From a virus: DNA of 64,000 nt. The number at the start of each line of letters is the position of its first letter. The stretch's first letter is position 1. The stretch covers positions 1-64,000 of the IMG/VR virus record IMGVR_UViG_3300049595_004693. One strand, 5' to 3'. The notes below the pieces were generated by a model. It was not told where the DNA came from. It searched no databases and saw only the letters and a list, made by a program, of their open reading frames with translations. Shown here one piece after another: positions 29,345 through 38,608 of the stretch. The position numbers and the translations under genes are program-made.

Positions 29345-30446
29345 TTAGTTAAGGTAGGCCCTAACAGAATATCCTAATTTTTCTAAAACGTCAACCTCAA
29401 TTTCACTCTCTTCTATGGAAAATCCACCCAGATGCATCAATATATCGCGCATTACATTTAAAGCATACACTAAGCGAACGCTTTGCGCCTTCTCATAGGA
29501 CAGCCTATCCCGCATCACTCCAATCTGTAAAGCGTCATACCTTCTGAGTCCTTCGGAGAGGTAAAAGCTAACCCGTTCTTTATTCTCAATTAAAAATAAA
29601 AGCACGTCGTCAGTACGTTGTACGTTTGGGTCAATAGACATCATTTGAATCATTTGTGCTTTTTTCATTCTAGTTCCACTTCTTCTAGCAGCTCCATATG
29701 CTCTAGATTGATGGAAGTAATCCGGTGAATTGGCACCAACTCAGCGGTGTCCACCTCAATAAAATTACGGCTCGACATAAGAATTTTTTTAATGCATTCC
29801 GAGCTGTGTTTTACGCGCAGAGTAGACATTAAAAAATAATATTCCCCTTTAACAGTTAGTTTACGGGCTCCTCCTTGATATTCAATAGTGGCAATAGATA
29901 CTCCTAAATTAACCATCTTGGTTTTTTTAGGTTTCTTTTTAAACCACCCCATCATATTGCGCCGCTCCCGTCCGGCTTATTAAAATATTCTAACTCGCTG
30001 ATACGCCAATCATCGAAGCGTTTGATTTGCTCGGCTAGTTCTTTTTGCTTATTCATATTGATAATTTCAAGAGCGAGTTCTCCCGAATTAGAATGCACTT
30101 TGTGGGCAAACACGAAGGCCCACTGTCCCATGCTCATACCATCCCACAATGCGCGACTAGGATACAGCATTTAATCTTCCCTTTCTGTGCGAACATAATT
30201 AGCTGTCGGTGCTTTAAGTAGCTCAGAGGCTTCGAAGATGCGTTCCTTACTTACGGGCAGCTCCGTAGTTTCGTCCACTAACATCTTGGGGTTGCCCGTG
30301 TGAGGATCATTGCGCCAATAGCCAATGAAAGTGGCAAGTCCATCCTTACCGGGACCAAATAAGTTTTTTACGCCGTATTGTTTACCTTTAACTAACTCCA
30401 TTCGTCGTAGCTTCCTTTTTCTGTTCATTTCTCTGAGTGAATTCAT
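29345..30446 (-). CDS. Four small hypothetical genes (29345-29668, 29665-29955, 29952-30170, 30171-30446)
   Basis: Tightly coupled ORFs. Confidence 0.5.
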
Positions 30447-30510
30447 TATTCTAAAGCCTCTCTCACCATATCAAACAATTTATCTGTTAGCGATTGAAAT
30501 TGTGAGTCAT

Positions 30511-30687
30511 TTAAAAGCCTACGATTATTATGCAAGGCCTCCAACAATTCGCGATATTTTTACGCAATAAAAATCGAGCTTGGGACTCTGCGTCGGCATG
30601 ATCGCTTGCCACGACTTCAGTACCCAAAGTCAACATAGGGTCTTTTTGATTTCTAAATACCACCCTGTACTTTTTAGTAAATTTCAT
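30511..30687 (-). CDS. 58-aa hypothetical protein (not in ORF track)
   Basis: MKFTKKYRVVFRNQKDPMLTLGTEVVASDHADAESQARFLL...; fills an apparent gap. Confidence 0.45.
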   Translation of the reverse strand: MKFTKKYRVVFRNQKDPMLTLGTEVVASDHADAESQARFLLRKNIANCWRPCIIIVGF

Positions 30688-31087
30688 TTTGTTTTCCTAC
30701 CGTCCCTTTTATTTTTTCAATAGAAAACCTAGAACGCACCTTTAAATAATAGTCATCTTTGTGTGGTTCCTTTACCTTAGAGCCTCCCGTTCTCCCTCGG
30801 TTATAGCACACAAGCCAAGTGTAATTTTCTTTATGCTGACACACCTCTCGGTATTTTACAAGCAATTTGATACCTTCGGGAATATTTACTGAAATATTTT
30901 TTAGTGCCTTGGGATCTCCCGAATAATTAACCGGCATAACCTGAAGCACTCCCACCGCACCCTTATTAGATACCGCGTGGGGATCGTATCGGCTCTCTAT
31001 TGCCGCCACTGCGCGGACTAGTGCCGGATCTATTCCGGTTAGTCTTGCATGGTATTCTATTAAGGCGTTAATAATAAATTCCATCAT
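30674..31087 (-). CDS. Lytic transglycosylase (SLT domain)
   Basis: AVAAIES (catalytic Glu), AVSNKGAVGVLQV, YNRG. Confidence 0.9.
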   Translation of the reverse strand: MMEFIINALIEYHARLTGIDPALVRAVAAIESRYDPHAVSNKGAVGVLQVMPVNYSGDPKALKNISVNIPEGIKLLVKYREVCQHKENYTWLVCYNRGRTGGSKVKEPHKDDYYLKVRSRFSIEKIKGTVGKQNEIY

Positions 31088-32116
31088 TCACACCTAAGCC
31101 AGCTATGATGCACTATTGACACAATGTTAGCTTCTAACCCCGGTTCTTGCTCCTCTGTTAGCTCGTTGCACTTATGACAATGCCACCATCGGTCCTGAGG
31201 CAACGGTTTAGAGCACGCTCTACACTTGCGCTCCCTGCGTTGATAAAGAGGCTTAGAATAAAGCCTAACACACTCGGGGCACGTGTCCCCGTTCTCCCAA
31301 ACATCACCATTAACGTCAAGCGTTTTTTTTGCCTTTGTGCTTTGATTTGAAACGCCTTTTTTGCGACACACTTGGCAATTAAGCAATACCGTTTTGACTC
31401 GCATGACTAAACTCCTTCCGGTAAATCTCTGAAGCGCCGACGAAAGGCTCTCCATGGTAGGGTCGCCAAAATCCGGCCACGTTAATATAAAATTCCACTA
31501 TCTCGCACCTTCCATCGGCCACTAGACCACGGGCTCGAAACTTAGCTTGAAACAATAGATTGAATTCCCTAATGCGCTCCTCGTAATGTTTTGGCTCTAT
31601 TAGTCGGATCATTTTAATCCTTTCAAAATTAAGCAGTCAATCGCCCGGATAACATTTTGCTTTGGTGTCTTAGGATCATATCCCATTTTTTGAATGGAAG
31701 CAAGGCTAGCCTCCTCAATTTCTGAGATACTTGCGCCTAAGTTAGCGGTAAACTGTACGCGAAACTCAAATAGCTCTCTATACCTATAATCCCCCATTTC
31801 TCGCACTCCAAGCCATCCTAACGCGCTCTTTTTGCGTCCACTCTGGTAGTCCTCAACGGTCCATCGTGTCTCGGGGATACTTTCGAAGTAGCGTCGTGTC
31901 TCAAGTAGTGTCATTTTAAATCGCTCCCTTTTCTAATGCTCGTTTGATTTTCTCTTGATATTCCGTCATGCGAGACAATTGCTCCGCATCAAGCCGGTGA
32001 CCATGCTGCACTAGTCGCAACAATTCTTTAAAATATTTCCCATTGTGGGCATCAAACACCGCACTAGCCTTACCTATTAGATCAATCAATACCTGCGCAT
32101 GATCTTGTATTTTCAT
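31084..32116 (-). CDS. Four small early hypothetical genes (31084-31455 Cys-rich, 31379-31612, 31609-31914, 31916-32116)
   Basis: Coupled ORFs; multiple CxxC in the first. Confidence 0.5.
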
Positions 32117-32184
32117 ATTCGCCTCTCAGTCAAACATTAAATCGTATGTTACAGCGACCACAATAAACAATACTAACAATATCA

Positions 32185-33066
32185 TTATTTTTTACCGTAT
32201 TGTGCCAACATATAGTCAGAATAACCCTCATTAGACTCATAGGAATAGCGGTCATAATCGTCCATCACGTCACGACTGCCAAAGGCACGCGCGGCCAATG
32301 AATCAAGGCTAGTGGTCGCGGTTAAGACTAAAGGTTTAATTTCTTGCTGATACACAATGTCATTACCTTCGAATACCGCGTGTGTGTTATCAAGGATTAG
32401 CTCCGGGTGCTCGACTTTCCACTTCATGTCCTTGGCTACGCGCTCGATGATATCGGTAGTGGTTGCAATAACATATGACCTAATAGTGCGGCACCACGCG
32501 ATATAAAGCGACGCGCGACTATCTCGAATAACGTGCGTCGTGCCTCTCTTGTCTTGAATGATCATCGCATAATAGCCTGTAACATTTTCCTCAATAGCTT
32601 CCATCCCCCCCTTTTCCCAGTACCTAAGAAGAATTTCTGTATCGCAAGTCGTGGTTAGCTTGGACTTTACTTCGTTAGTAAAGTCTTGCACGACTCCGTT
32701 ATGAATTAGCGAAACTTTGTTATTCATGAAGGGGTGGGTGTTCTCGATGGTGACATTATTAGTGCTAAGTCTCCCATGCGCCATGAATGATTTATTGCCT
32801 TTTTGCTTCACCTCTCCGAAGCAATTTCGAGTCTTCTCAATGATTGGTAGCTTGTCGGTGCGCGTATCTTGATTTGTGAATTGCAGAGGTTTCCAGTTGA
32901 AAGGCTTAGTGGTACGCTCACCGCTTATGGTGCCGTCCGATCCTAGAACGGAATAACCAAAACCATCCTTATCACTCAAGGCGCAAACTGCGTCGCGCAC
33001 GCTATTGATAAACTTAGAGTTAACATTCAAATTGCTAGCATCAGTCACCGCGAAAATCTTGCACAT
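32185..33066 (-). CDS. Class II (Ntn) glutamine amidotransferase
   Basis: N-terminal MC, DGFG, HGRLST, NTHPF, HNG, DTE. Confidence 0.9.
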   Translation of the reverse strand: MCKIFAVTDASNLNVNSKFINSVRDAVCALSDKDGFGYSVLGSDGTISGERTTKPFNWKPLQFTNQDTRTDKLPIIEKTRNCFGEVKQKGNKSFMAHGRLSTNNVTIENTHPFMNNKVSLIHNGVVQDFTNEVKSKLTTTCDTEILLRYWEKGGMEAIEENVTGYYAMIIQDKRGTTHVIRDSRASLYIAWCRTIRSYVIATTTDIIERVAKDMKWKVEHPELILDNTHAVFEGNDIVYQQEIKPLVLTATTSLDSLAARAFGSRDVMDDYDRYSYESNEGYSDYMLAQYGKK

Positions 33067-33093
33067 AATAAACTCCTGTTATTGTTATGATTA

Positions 33094-34281
33094 TTAAAAA
33101 GGCATTCCATCGCTACCCGTAGCGTCATATCCGGGCAATGGTCCTCCGTTAATGACCGCGCTAACGCTACCCTGAAGGCTAGGCGACACAATGACTTGCA
33201 TCGGTAGCGTCTGCGTGCTCTCCTCATTGTCGTCTAACACTTGATCAACTTCGGAGGACACCTCGGGGGAGAATTTCGCGACACGTTCGCGGATATATCC
33301 CCTCAAAGTCTCCGATGCGCCGACAAGATGCGCCACAACTTCCATGCTATCAACGCTAGACTTAATAGCCTTGCATTGCATAATGCCCTGAAGCAATTCA
33401 ATCCAAGATGCGATTTTAGACGCATCTGTGCTCCCACTATGGCCGCGAATCTCAAGCGTGCCGTACTTGGAAAGGCTATGCATATTCACAAACGCGTAAC
33501 GCGATCCCCCGCGCCTAGCGTTAATAGTAGTGGCGCAAAATCGGTTATCCCGGCGAGACTTAGGCAACATGCGCTTAAGAGCCGGGACACAATGAGCGAC
33601 ACGGTTAGCCTTGAGAGTCACCATGCGGCTAGACTCCGTGCGCATGTCAAAATGCACATGGAGCCCACAAGTACGGTTAACCCAACACCCTAGCTTATTC
33701 AATTCTGCGCAAACTTTAAATAGCGGCGACATGTCCGACTTTTTAAAGCTAACGCAGATCTCTTTACCATGTGACTCAGTGCCACACTCACACCGACCGT
33801 CATTGTCTTCTGTTTCTTCCATGCTACACGAGGAGTCATGGGGATTGAGTGATCCGTCATTTTTAATGGTGACAAATTTACTTAATCCTAAACCCCTGAT
33901 ATTTTTGGCAAACGCATTTTCCCTAGCCTGAGAAGTGAAAAAACACTCGATTTCTACACTAATCCACTCTCCCTCAAACCCCTCGGGATTTTTGGAGCTA
34001 TAAACTACGCGAGATAGCTCTACGATTTGAGAAACGGACCATTGCCCCTCATTACCATATTGATCAAGCCTATCGGCCAACATGTCGACACCTGCGCTGC
34101 GTAAATGCTTGCGATATGTCTGCAATGAACGCTTTATAACGTCCTTAAGTTCATCGGGCAATTCCCCCTTGTAGTTATCAATCAAAAACTTATAGGCGGG
34201 ATTGAGGTTGGCGATAAAAGCGGCTTTACGAGAATTTGACATATTAGCAAGCCTCCCATGTTTCAACGGTATTAAATTCAT
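33094..34281 (-). CDS. Putative amidoligase (COOH-NH2 ligase-type)
   Basis: VEIEC, DGSL, TCGLHVH, RY..VN, TLEIR; adjacent to the GATase. Confidence 0.8.
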   Translation of the reverse strand: MNLIPLKHGRLANMSNSRKAAFIANLNPAYKFLIDNYKGELPDELKDVIKRSLQTYRKHLRSAGVDMLADRLDQYGNEGQWSVSQIVELSRVVYSSKNPEGFEGEWISVEIECFFTSQARENAFAKNIRGLGLSKFVTIKNDGSLNPHDSSCSMEETEDNDGRCECGTESHGKEICVSFKKSDMSPLFKVCAELNKLGCWVNRTCGLHVHFDMRTESSRMVTLKANRVAHCVPALKRMLPKSRRDNRFCATTINARRGGSRYAFVNMHSLSKYGTLEIRGHSGSTDASKIASWIELLQGIMQCKAIKSSVDSMEVVAHLVGASETLRGYIRERVAKFSPEVSSEVDQVLDDNEESTQTLPMQVIVSPSLQGSVSAVINGGPLPGYDATGSDGMPF

Positions 34282-34432
34282 CCACCAAAGTCAAGGCATA
34301 TTCCAAACTCTCAATGCCTTGAATGCTCCAAAGGATTTTGTCGCGATAGGACGCCCTAGAATTGATTTTCTCAAATTGGCTAGGGGATACGACGGCACAC
34401 TCACCTGTTATCAATTTAAAGACAATATACAT
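34244..34432 (-). CDS. Small early hypothetical protein
   Basis: AAGGA SD upstream. Confidence 0.5.
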   Translation of the reverse strand: MYIVFKLITGECAVVSPSQFEKINSRASYRDKILWSIQGIESLEYALTLVDEFNTVETWEAC

Positions 34433-34477
34433 TTTAAATATCCTTTCATTTCAATAGGTTAATTTTTAGAATTTTGA

Positions 34478-34915
34478 CTAAGTGATCACACAGCACTCCT
34501 TAAAACCCCAAACTGTAAAGCCATAGCGATGAATTTGAATAAAAGCGGGTTTATAGGTCACCGACCCGCCATTGAATGAACCAGGTTTACCGGCGGCATC
34601 TTGGAAGTACTTGTCGCAGTCTCTAAAAGCCTTTAGAGCATCTTCCTGGCATTTATAGGCGTCGTTAGGCATGTAATAAGATCCTCCCACTAGGCTAGTA
34701 AACTTTTCAGGGTTACCAAAGCCCAACACCTTGCGTGGTGCATCATAATCAGAGGCATCATCGGAGACGGACACGATGACCACGCTTCCGTTGTCCGCAG
34801 TGTACCACAAGAGACTAGGAAGCAATGCGGCTAGTGGTCGATACTTCTCACCGCTTAGAGATAATTCGGAAAGGCTTTTAATGGACTCAATGACTGACTT
34901 GACTTGATTATTCAT
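34478..34915 (-). CDS. Early hypothetical protein
   Basis: Start moved to ATG 34915 (MNNQVK). Confidence 0.55.
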   Translation of the reverse strand: MNNQVKSVIESIKSLSELSLSGEKYRPLAALLPSLLWYTADNGSVVIVSVSDDASDYDAPRKVLGFGNPEKFTSLVGGSYYMPNDAYKCQEDALKAFRDCDKYFQDAAGKPGSFNGGSVTYKPAFIQIHRYGFTVWGFKECCVIT

Positions 34916-34929
34916 GATTATAAGGTGTT

Positions 34930-34944
34930 GCATCGAGCGGGCCA
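34930..34944 (-). promoter_or_regulatory. Possible sigma54 promoter
   Basis: TGGCCC-GCTCG-ATGC with GG-N10-GC spacing; predicted +1 about 3 nt before ATG 34915. Confidence 0.4.
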
Positions 34945-35029
34945 ACACAAAACCTTAATGATATCGCGGAATGCTGAGACGGAATGCTGTAAAACTTTCA
35001 GGCAGAGTCTAAGCCTTAGACACCTAGTC

Positions 35030-35325
35030 CCTATATATATATATATATATAAGAATATAATTATAATACATATATTAAGTATTATTAAATAGAATATAAT
35101 ACATATTAAGTATAATATAATAAGTATTAAGTAGATATTAATAGTATATAGTAACTATTATTAGTATATAGTTAACTTAACTAATATAAAGTAACTACTA
35201 GTATATAGTAGCTACTAAGATATATTAAGTATTTATATATAATATGAATCACTTAATAAAAATTAAGTGAACTTAGAGAGAGGCTCTAAGAGGATATAAA
35301 ACACTTGAGCGAAAGCGCAAGTGTG
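35030..35325. repeat. AT-rich low-complexity region with (TA)n, TATTAAGTA repeats and hairpins (candidate origin)
   Basis: ATATTAAGTA at 35072, 35103, 35222 and a variant at 35124; inverted repeats at 35249-35270 and 35301-35324. Confidence 0.55.
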
Positions 35326-35381
35326 TGAAAGGACAGGGGAATGAGAGATGAGAAAAGATGGAGGTACTAGCTCTGCAATTT

Positions 35382-35747
35382 CTATGCCAAGTCCCAATAT
35401 TCCTCACCCAATAAATAACTCGACTTGGTAGGATACTCGGTAACACTCAATGTCCCCAACACTTCGGAGTCACCATTGAGATAAAACCTAGTAACCTTAT
35501 GATTTTCAATATAAATTAAACTTGACAACATAGCTTTCTTAGCAATATCAAGTACTTGATTCTCTTGATAAGAGTCAACACAAATAACTAGAATAACACA
35601 TTGACCATTCTGTGTCAAGTATTGCAAAGGTATATTGCAATCTTTAAGCCAATTATAGGCCCATTGAGTAGCCTCTAAGTTAGTAGAACTAGAACGCTCT
35701 GAACGATTAAGATTTAAAATATATCCTTTATGCTCTAATGCAATCAT
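35382..35747 (-). CDS. Hypothetical protein (start uncertain)
   Basis: Open frame of about 120 aa. Confidence 0.4.
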   Translation of the reverse strand: MIALEHKGYILNLNRSERSSSTNLEATQWAYNWLKDCNIPLQYLTQNGQCVILVICVDSYQENQVLDIAKKAMLSSLIYIENHKVTRFYLNGDSEVLGTLSVTEYPTKSSYLLGEEYWDLA

Positions 35748-35767
35748 ATCATAGCCTTTCGTATAAG

Positions 35768-35920
35768 TCAAGCAGCTATAGACTCATTGTCGACCATGTT
35801 GGCCAACTTGTCAATCTCTAAAGCTAGCAGATTAGCTATCACATAATCGGTAGGACAAGCCTCAAGAGAGTCTCTTAGGGCTTTGATACTTCTGATTAGT
35901 TCTAATACTTCAGGTGTCAT
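35768..35920 (-). CDS. 50-aa hypothetical protein
   Basis: MTPEVLELIRSIKALRDSLEAC...; TTGACT-16-TATCCT upstream. Confidence 0.4.
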   Translation of the reverse strand: MTPEVLELIRSIKALRDSLEACPTDYVIANLLALEIDKLANMVDNESIAA

Positions 35921-36013
35921 ACAATTACCACGATATATCCTTAGGATATCAGGGAATGATATTGAGTCAAGGTTATTTTGTGGACTCTGATAACTCTCAT
36001 GCTATAGGGTATT

Positions 36014-36299
36014 GCATAGGCAATGCCAGAAATAAACTAATGATAATGCTATGTGTCAATGGAGATTAGTGTAGAACTTTTAGGCAGTGTATAGTTCTTA
36101 TGCACTCATAGTTTTTATGCAAGGACTATACCACAATAGCTTGGCATATATCTTGCAATAAAACATTTTGATTGGCAAGGGAATTGCTATAGCAAGAATC
36201 GTGCCAGATTAGAGCTGGCATAGAGCTTGCAGGGGGAATGCTGTGTGCAAGTATAGTGCCAGGCATGGGGATTGCAGGGGGGGTGCAAGAAGTGTGCCA
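36014..36299. promoter_or_regulatory. Array of nine sigma54 (-24/-12) consensus boxes in mixed orientation
   Basis: TGGYAH-N5-TTGC at 36119(-), 36142(+), 36173(+), 36192(-), 36216(+), 36247(-), 36285(-); one-mismatch boxes at 36261(+) and 36014(-). Confidence 0.85.
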
Positions 36300-36389
36300 G
36301 GGGGGGGGTAGGGTACTTTTTACGGGGATTAAATATCGATAGTGATATCCAACAGATAAGTCATTTTTCTCACAAATTACCGTGTTACC

Positions 36390-36399
36390 TAACAAGTTA
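36390..36399 (+). promoter_or_regulatory. TAACAAGTTA putative late promoter element
   Basis: 4 nt before the HNH ATG. Confidence 0.65.
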
Positions 36400-36403
36400 G
36401 TGT

Positions 36404-37318
36404 ATGGCAACATGGATGAAAAAAGAATGTTCTAAGTGTAAGAAATCACTAAGCTATGGCATAGTGAACACCTACTCTAACAGCTCAGTATACGCTATTA
36501 ATAAGCAGCTAAAGCCCTGGAACGGCTCTATATGCCCTCGATGCAATAGAGAAAAGAAAATAGCCGAGAAGAAGCTCGTAGTACTTGAGAACATAAAATG
36601 CCACACCTGTCAATCAGAATTTACCCCTCGCAATCGTCAGGCAAAGTATTGCTCTTCTAGATGTAGAGTGGTCATGACTATGCGGCGTAAAATAAAGCCG
36701 ACTAAGCCAAAAAACGACTGTGTAGTGTGCCTAACACCCAACTCGGCCACGAGATTATATTGCGGCAGCCAGTGTCAGTCAAAAGCTGCATACCTTAGAA
36801 ACAAGGTAGAACGAGTTTGTATCGAGTGTGGCAACTCTCCCGCTAAAAGCAAATACTGCTCCGCTACGTGTAGGTCAAAAGCTAACAGACGGCCCGCGAA
36901 ACCCAGATCGCATAAAGTAAAAAAATGTGTTACCTGCGGGTCGGAGTTCCGCCCTCGCGGAAAGCAGTTATATTGCGATAATCCCTGTCGCCGACCAAAA
37001 CCATCTATAAATCGAGAGAGTCTTAGAAAGTATAAAAAAATAGCTAGGAAGAAAAGAAAGCTGTGGGAACGTAGGGCATGTCCTCGTTGGGTTAAAGGAA
37101 GCGATTTATTAAAAATAGAGGCTTCTAAGCCTGGGCCAGAATATCATCTAGACCACATCATCCCACTAAAGCACCCTTTGGTGTGTGGACTTCACGTACC
37201 CGAAAATCTCCAATGGCTCAAAAAAGAAGAGAATGAGTTTAAGAACAATAAGTGGGACGGCACAGAGACTAACGAAAGTTGGAAGGTGGAGTTTGAGAAG
37301 TCCCGTTCTAAGTCGTAG
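36404..37318 (+). CDS. Free-standing HNH endonuclease with tandem Zn fingers
   Basis: Five paired Cys units; HLDHIIPL..VCGLHVPENLQ...N..K.N. Confidence 0.85.
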   Translation: MATWMKKECSKCKKSLSYGIVNTYSNSSVYAINKQLKPWNGSICPRCNREKKIAEKKLVVLENIKCHTCQSEFTPRNRQAKYCSSRCRVVMTMRRKIKPTKPKNDCVVCLTPNSATRLYCGSQCQSKAAYLRNKVERVCIECGNSPAKSKYCSATCRSKANRRPAKPRSHKVKKCVTCGSEFRPRGKQLYCDNPCRRPKPSINRESLRKYKKIARKKRKLWERRACPRWVKGSDLLKIEASKPGPEYHLDHIIPLKHPLVCGLHVPENLQWLKKEENEFKNNKWDGTETNESWKVEFEKSRSKS

Positions 37319-37344
37319 TCAAATATTCACTCAACTAACTCAGT

Positions 37345-37638
37345 TTACAAATCCACCACAGCGGCCTTGTAGCTCACAAACTCATATGCGGCCACACCCT
37401 GTTCATTAACACCTCTGAGCCGATACTCCACTTGTTTTATGAAGTCCATACTAGGGATTCTATCTGAGCCTACGACGAGCCTAGGCACTATGGGCGCCAG
37501 TATAGGCACAACTAGCGTAGGCCCGCTGAAGTCCTGCACGTAGATAATATGCTTAATGCTCGCCACTTCGCCATCTTCGGTGTAATGTACGGGAGGGCCG
37601 AATAGTATTTTCGTGCTACGTCCACCTCTCATAAGCAT
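37345..37638 (-). CDS. Hypothetical protein
   Basis: Last gene of the operon. Confidence 0.45.
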   Translation of the reverse strand: MLMRGGRSTKILFGPPVHYTEDGEVASIKHIIYVQDFSGPTLVVPILAPIVPRLVVGSDRIPSMDFIKQVEYRLRGVNEQGVAAYEFVSYKAAVVDL

Positions 37639-38608
37639 CTAAAATAATCTCATCAGCCAGCTCAAGGTCTGGCTTCTCCGGTAAGGAGCTTCTCTGTTGA
37701 GCAGACACAACGTCGACCAACCCCTGCTCAATTACCTCGGCCACTTGCTCATAAGGAAGCTGTCCCGTTTTAATCTTCGTAAGAAGCTCCCTGTCAGGAC
37801 GAGGGAATGTAATATGCCCCGTACGCAGAAGCTCAACAGCCTGAGAATTTACGCGTACAGCGTGGGATAGAGCCTTCCAATCCACGCCTCCAGCAAGATG
37901 AGCCTTCTGAGCCCGCTTGCCATATTCGTTTAGCATCTTATTGGTAATCTCTAAAGCATACTTCACCTTGGCGTGAAACGGAATTTTGCGCCCGTTTATG
38001 TGAAGATGAGGGGCGTCAGTAGCGCCTTTAGGTCCACGACACATAATGATCTCAATAAGGGGTGTTTTTTCTAATGAGATGAGATCGGATGATTCCCTAA
38101 TCAGCCCATTAAGCCACGCCACATTCTGCTCTAACGTGGTGTCTAAATCTAGAGTTTCGAGAAGCTCCGCCGTACGCTTTAAAGCGTCCATTCTGGAACC
38201 TTTAATCCCGTATTTGGCGGCTTGCTGCCTAGCATACCCCATAAAGGCCGAGACGTTTTTAGAAATAAGGCGGTGCCTATTGTAGTATATCTCGTGCATT
38301 ACCTCAAAGCTCTTGCCCGCGTCTAGTGTTGTTTGTCGATATCCAAATAGTACATCTAACGCCACAGTTTGACCTTGCGTCAGAAGCTCTAAATAACGCG
38401 CTAGGCTAAAATACTCTTGGTCTACATCTTCCGCTGTGTTCCTTTCCGCGTGCTCTTTTGAGCGGGAAATAGAAATGGTTGGTCGCGAGCGACCTAAGAA
38501 TAGCTCTTTTTTAGATGGGATATATACTCCCTTATAATCTTTGTCAGACTCCGGAGTATTGGTGCCATATAAGTGGCTCCCAAAGAGCATTTTAAAACAC
38601 AGATTCAT
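37616..38608 (-). CDS. Pol-beta-superfamily nucleotidyltransferase (RlaP/NrdC.11-like)
   Basis: GSHLYGTNTPESDKDYKG; K.LSHAVR; LL.IK.G. Confidence 0.85.
   Translation of the reverse strand: MNLCFKMLFGSHLYGTNTPESDKDYKGVYIPSKKELFLGRSRPTISISRSKEHAERNTAEDVDQEYFSLARYLELLTQGQTVALDVLFGYRQTTLDAGKSFEVMHEIYYNRHRLISKNVSAFMGYARQQAAKYGIKGSRMDALKRTAELLETLDLDTTLEQNVAWLNGLIRESSDLISLEKTPLIEIIMCRGPKGATDAPHLHINGRKIPFHAKVKYALEITNKMLNEYGKRAQKAHLAGGVDWKALSHAVRVNSQAVELLRTGHITFPRPDRELLTKIKTGQLPYEQVAEVIEQGLVDVVSAQQRSSLPEKPDLELADEIILDAYERWT

Noticed and set aside
30579-30627. Long imperfect hairpin as an ncRNA
   Set aside because: Lies inside a plausible coupled 58-aa ORF (30511-30687)
36014-36299. CRISPR array or simple tandem repeat
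   Set aside because: Units switch orientation, spacing is irregular, only the bipartite boxes are conserved, and no cas operon is present
36126-36413. 95-aa ORF across the box array
   Set aside because: Translation of G-tracts and motifs (PPP, WH repeats); no SD; most likely spurious
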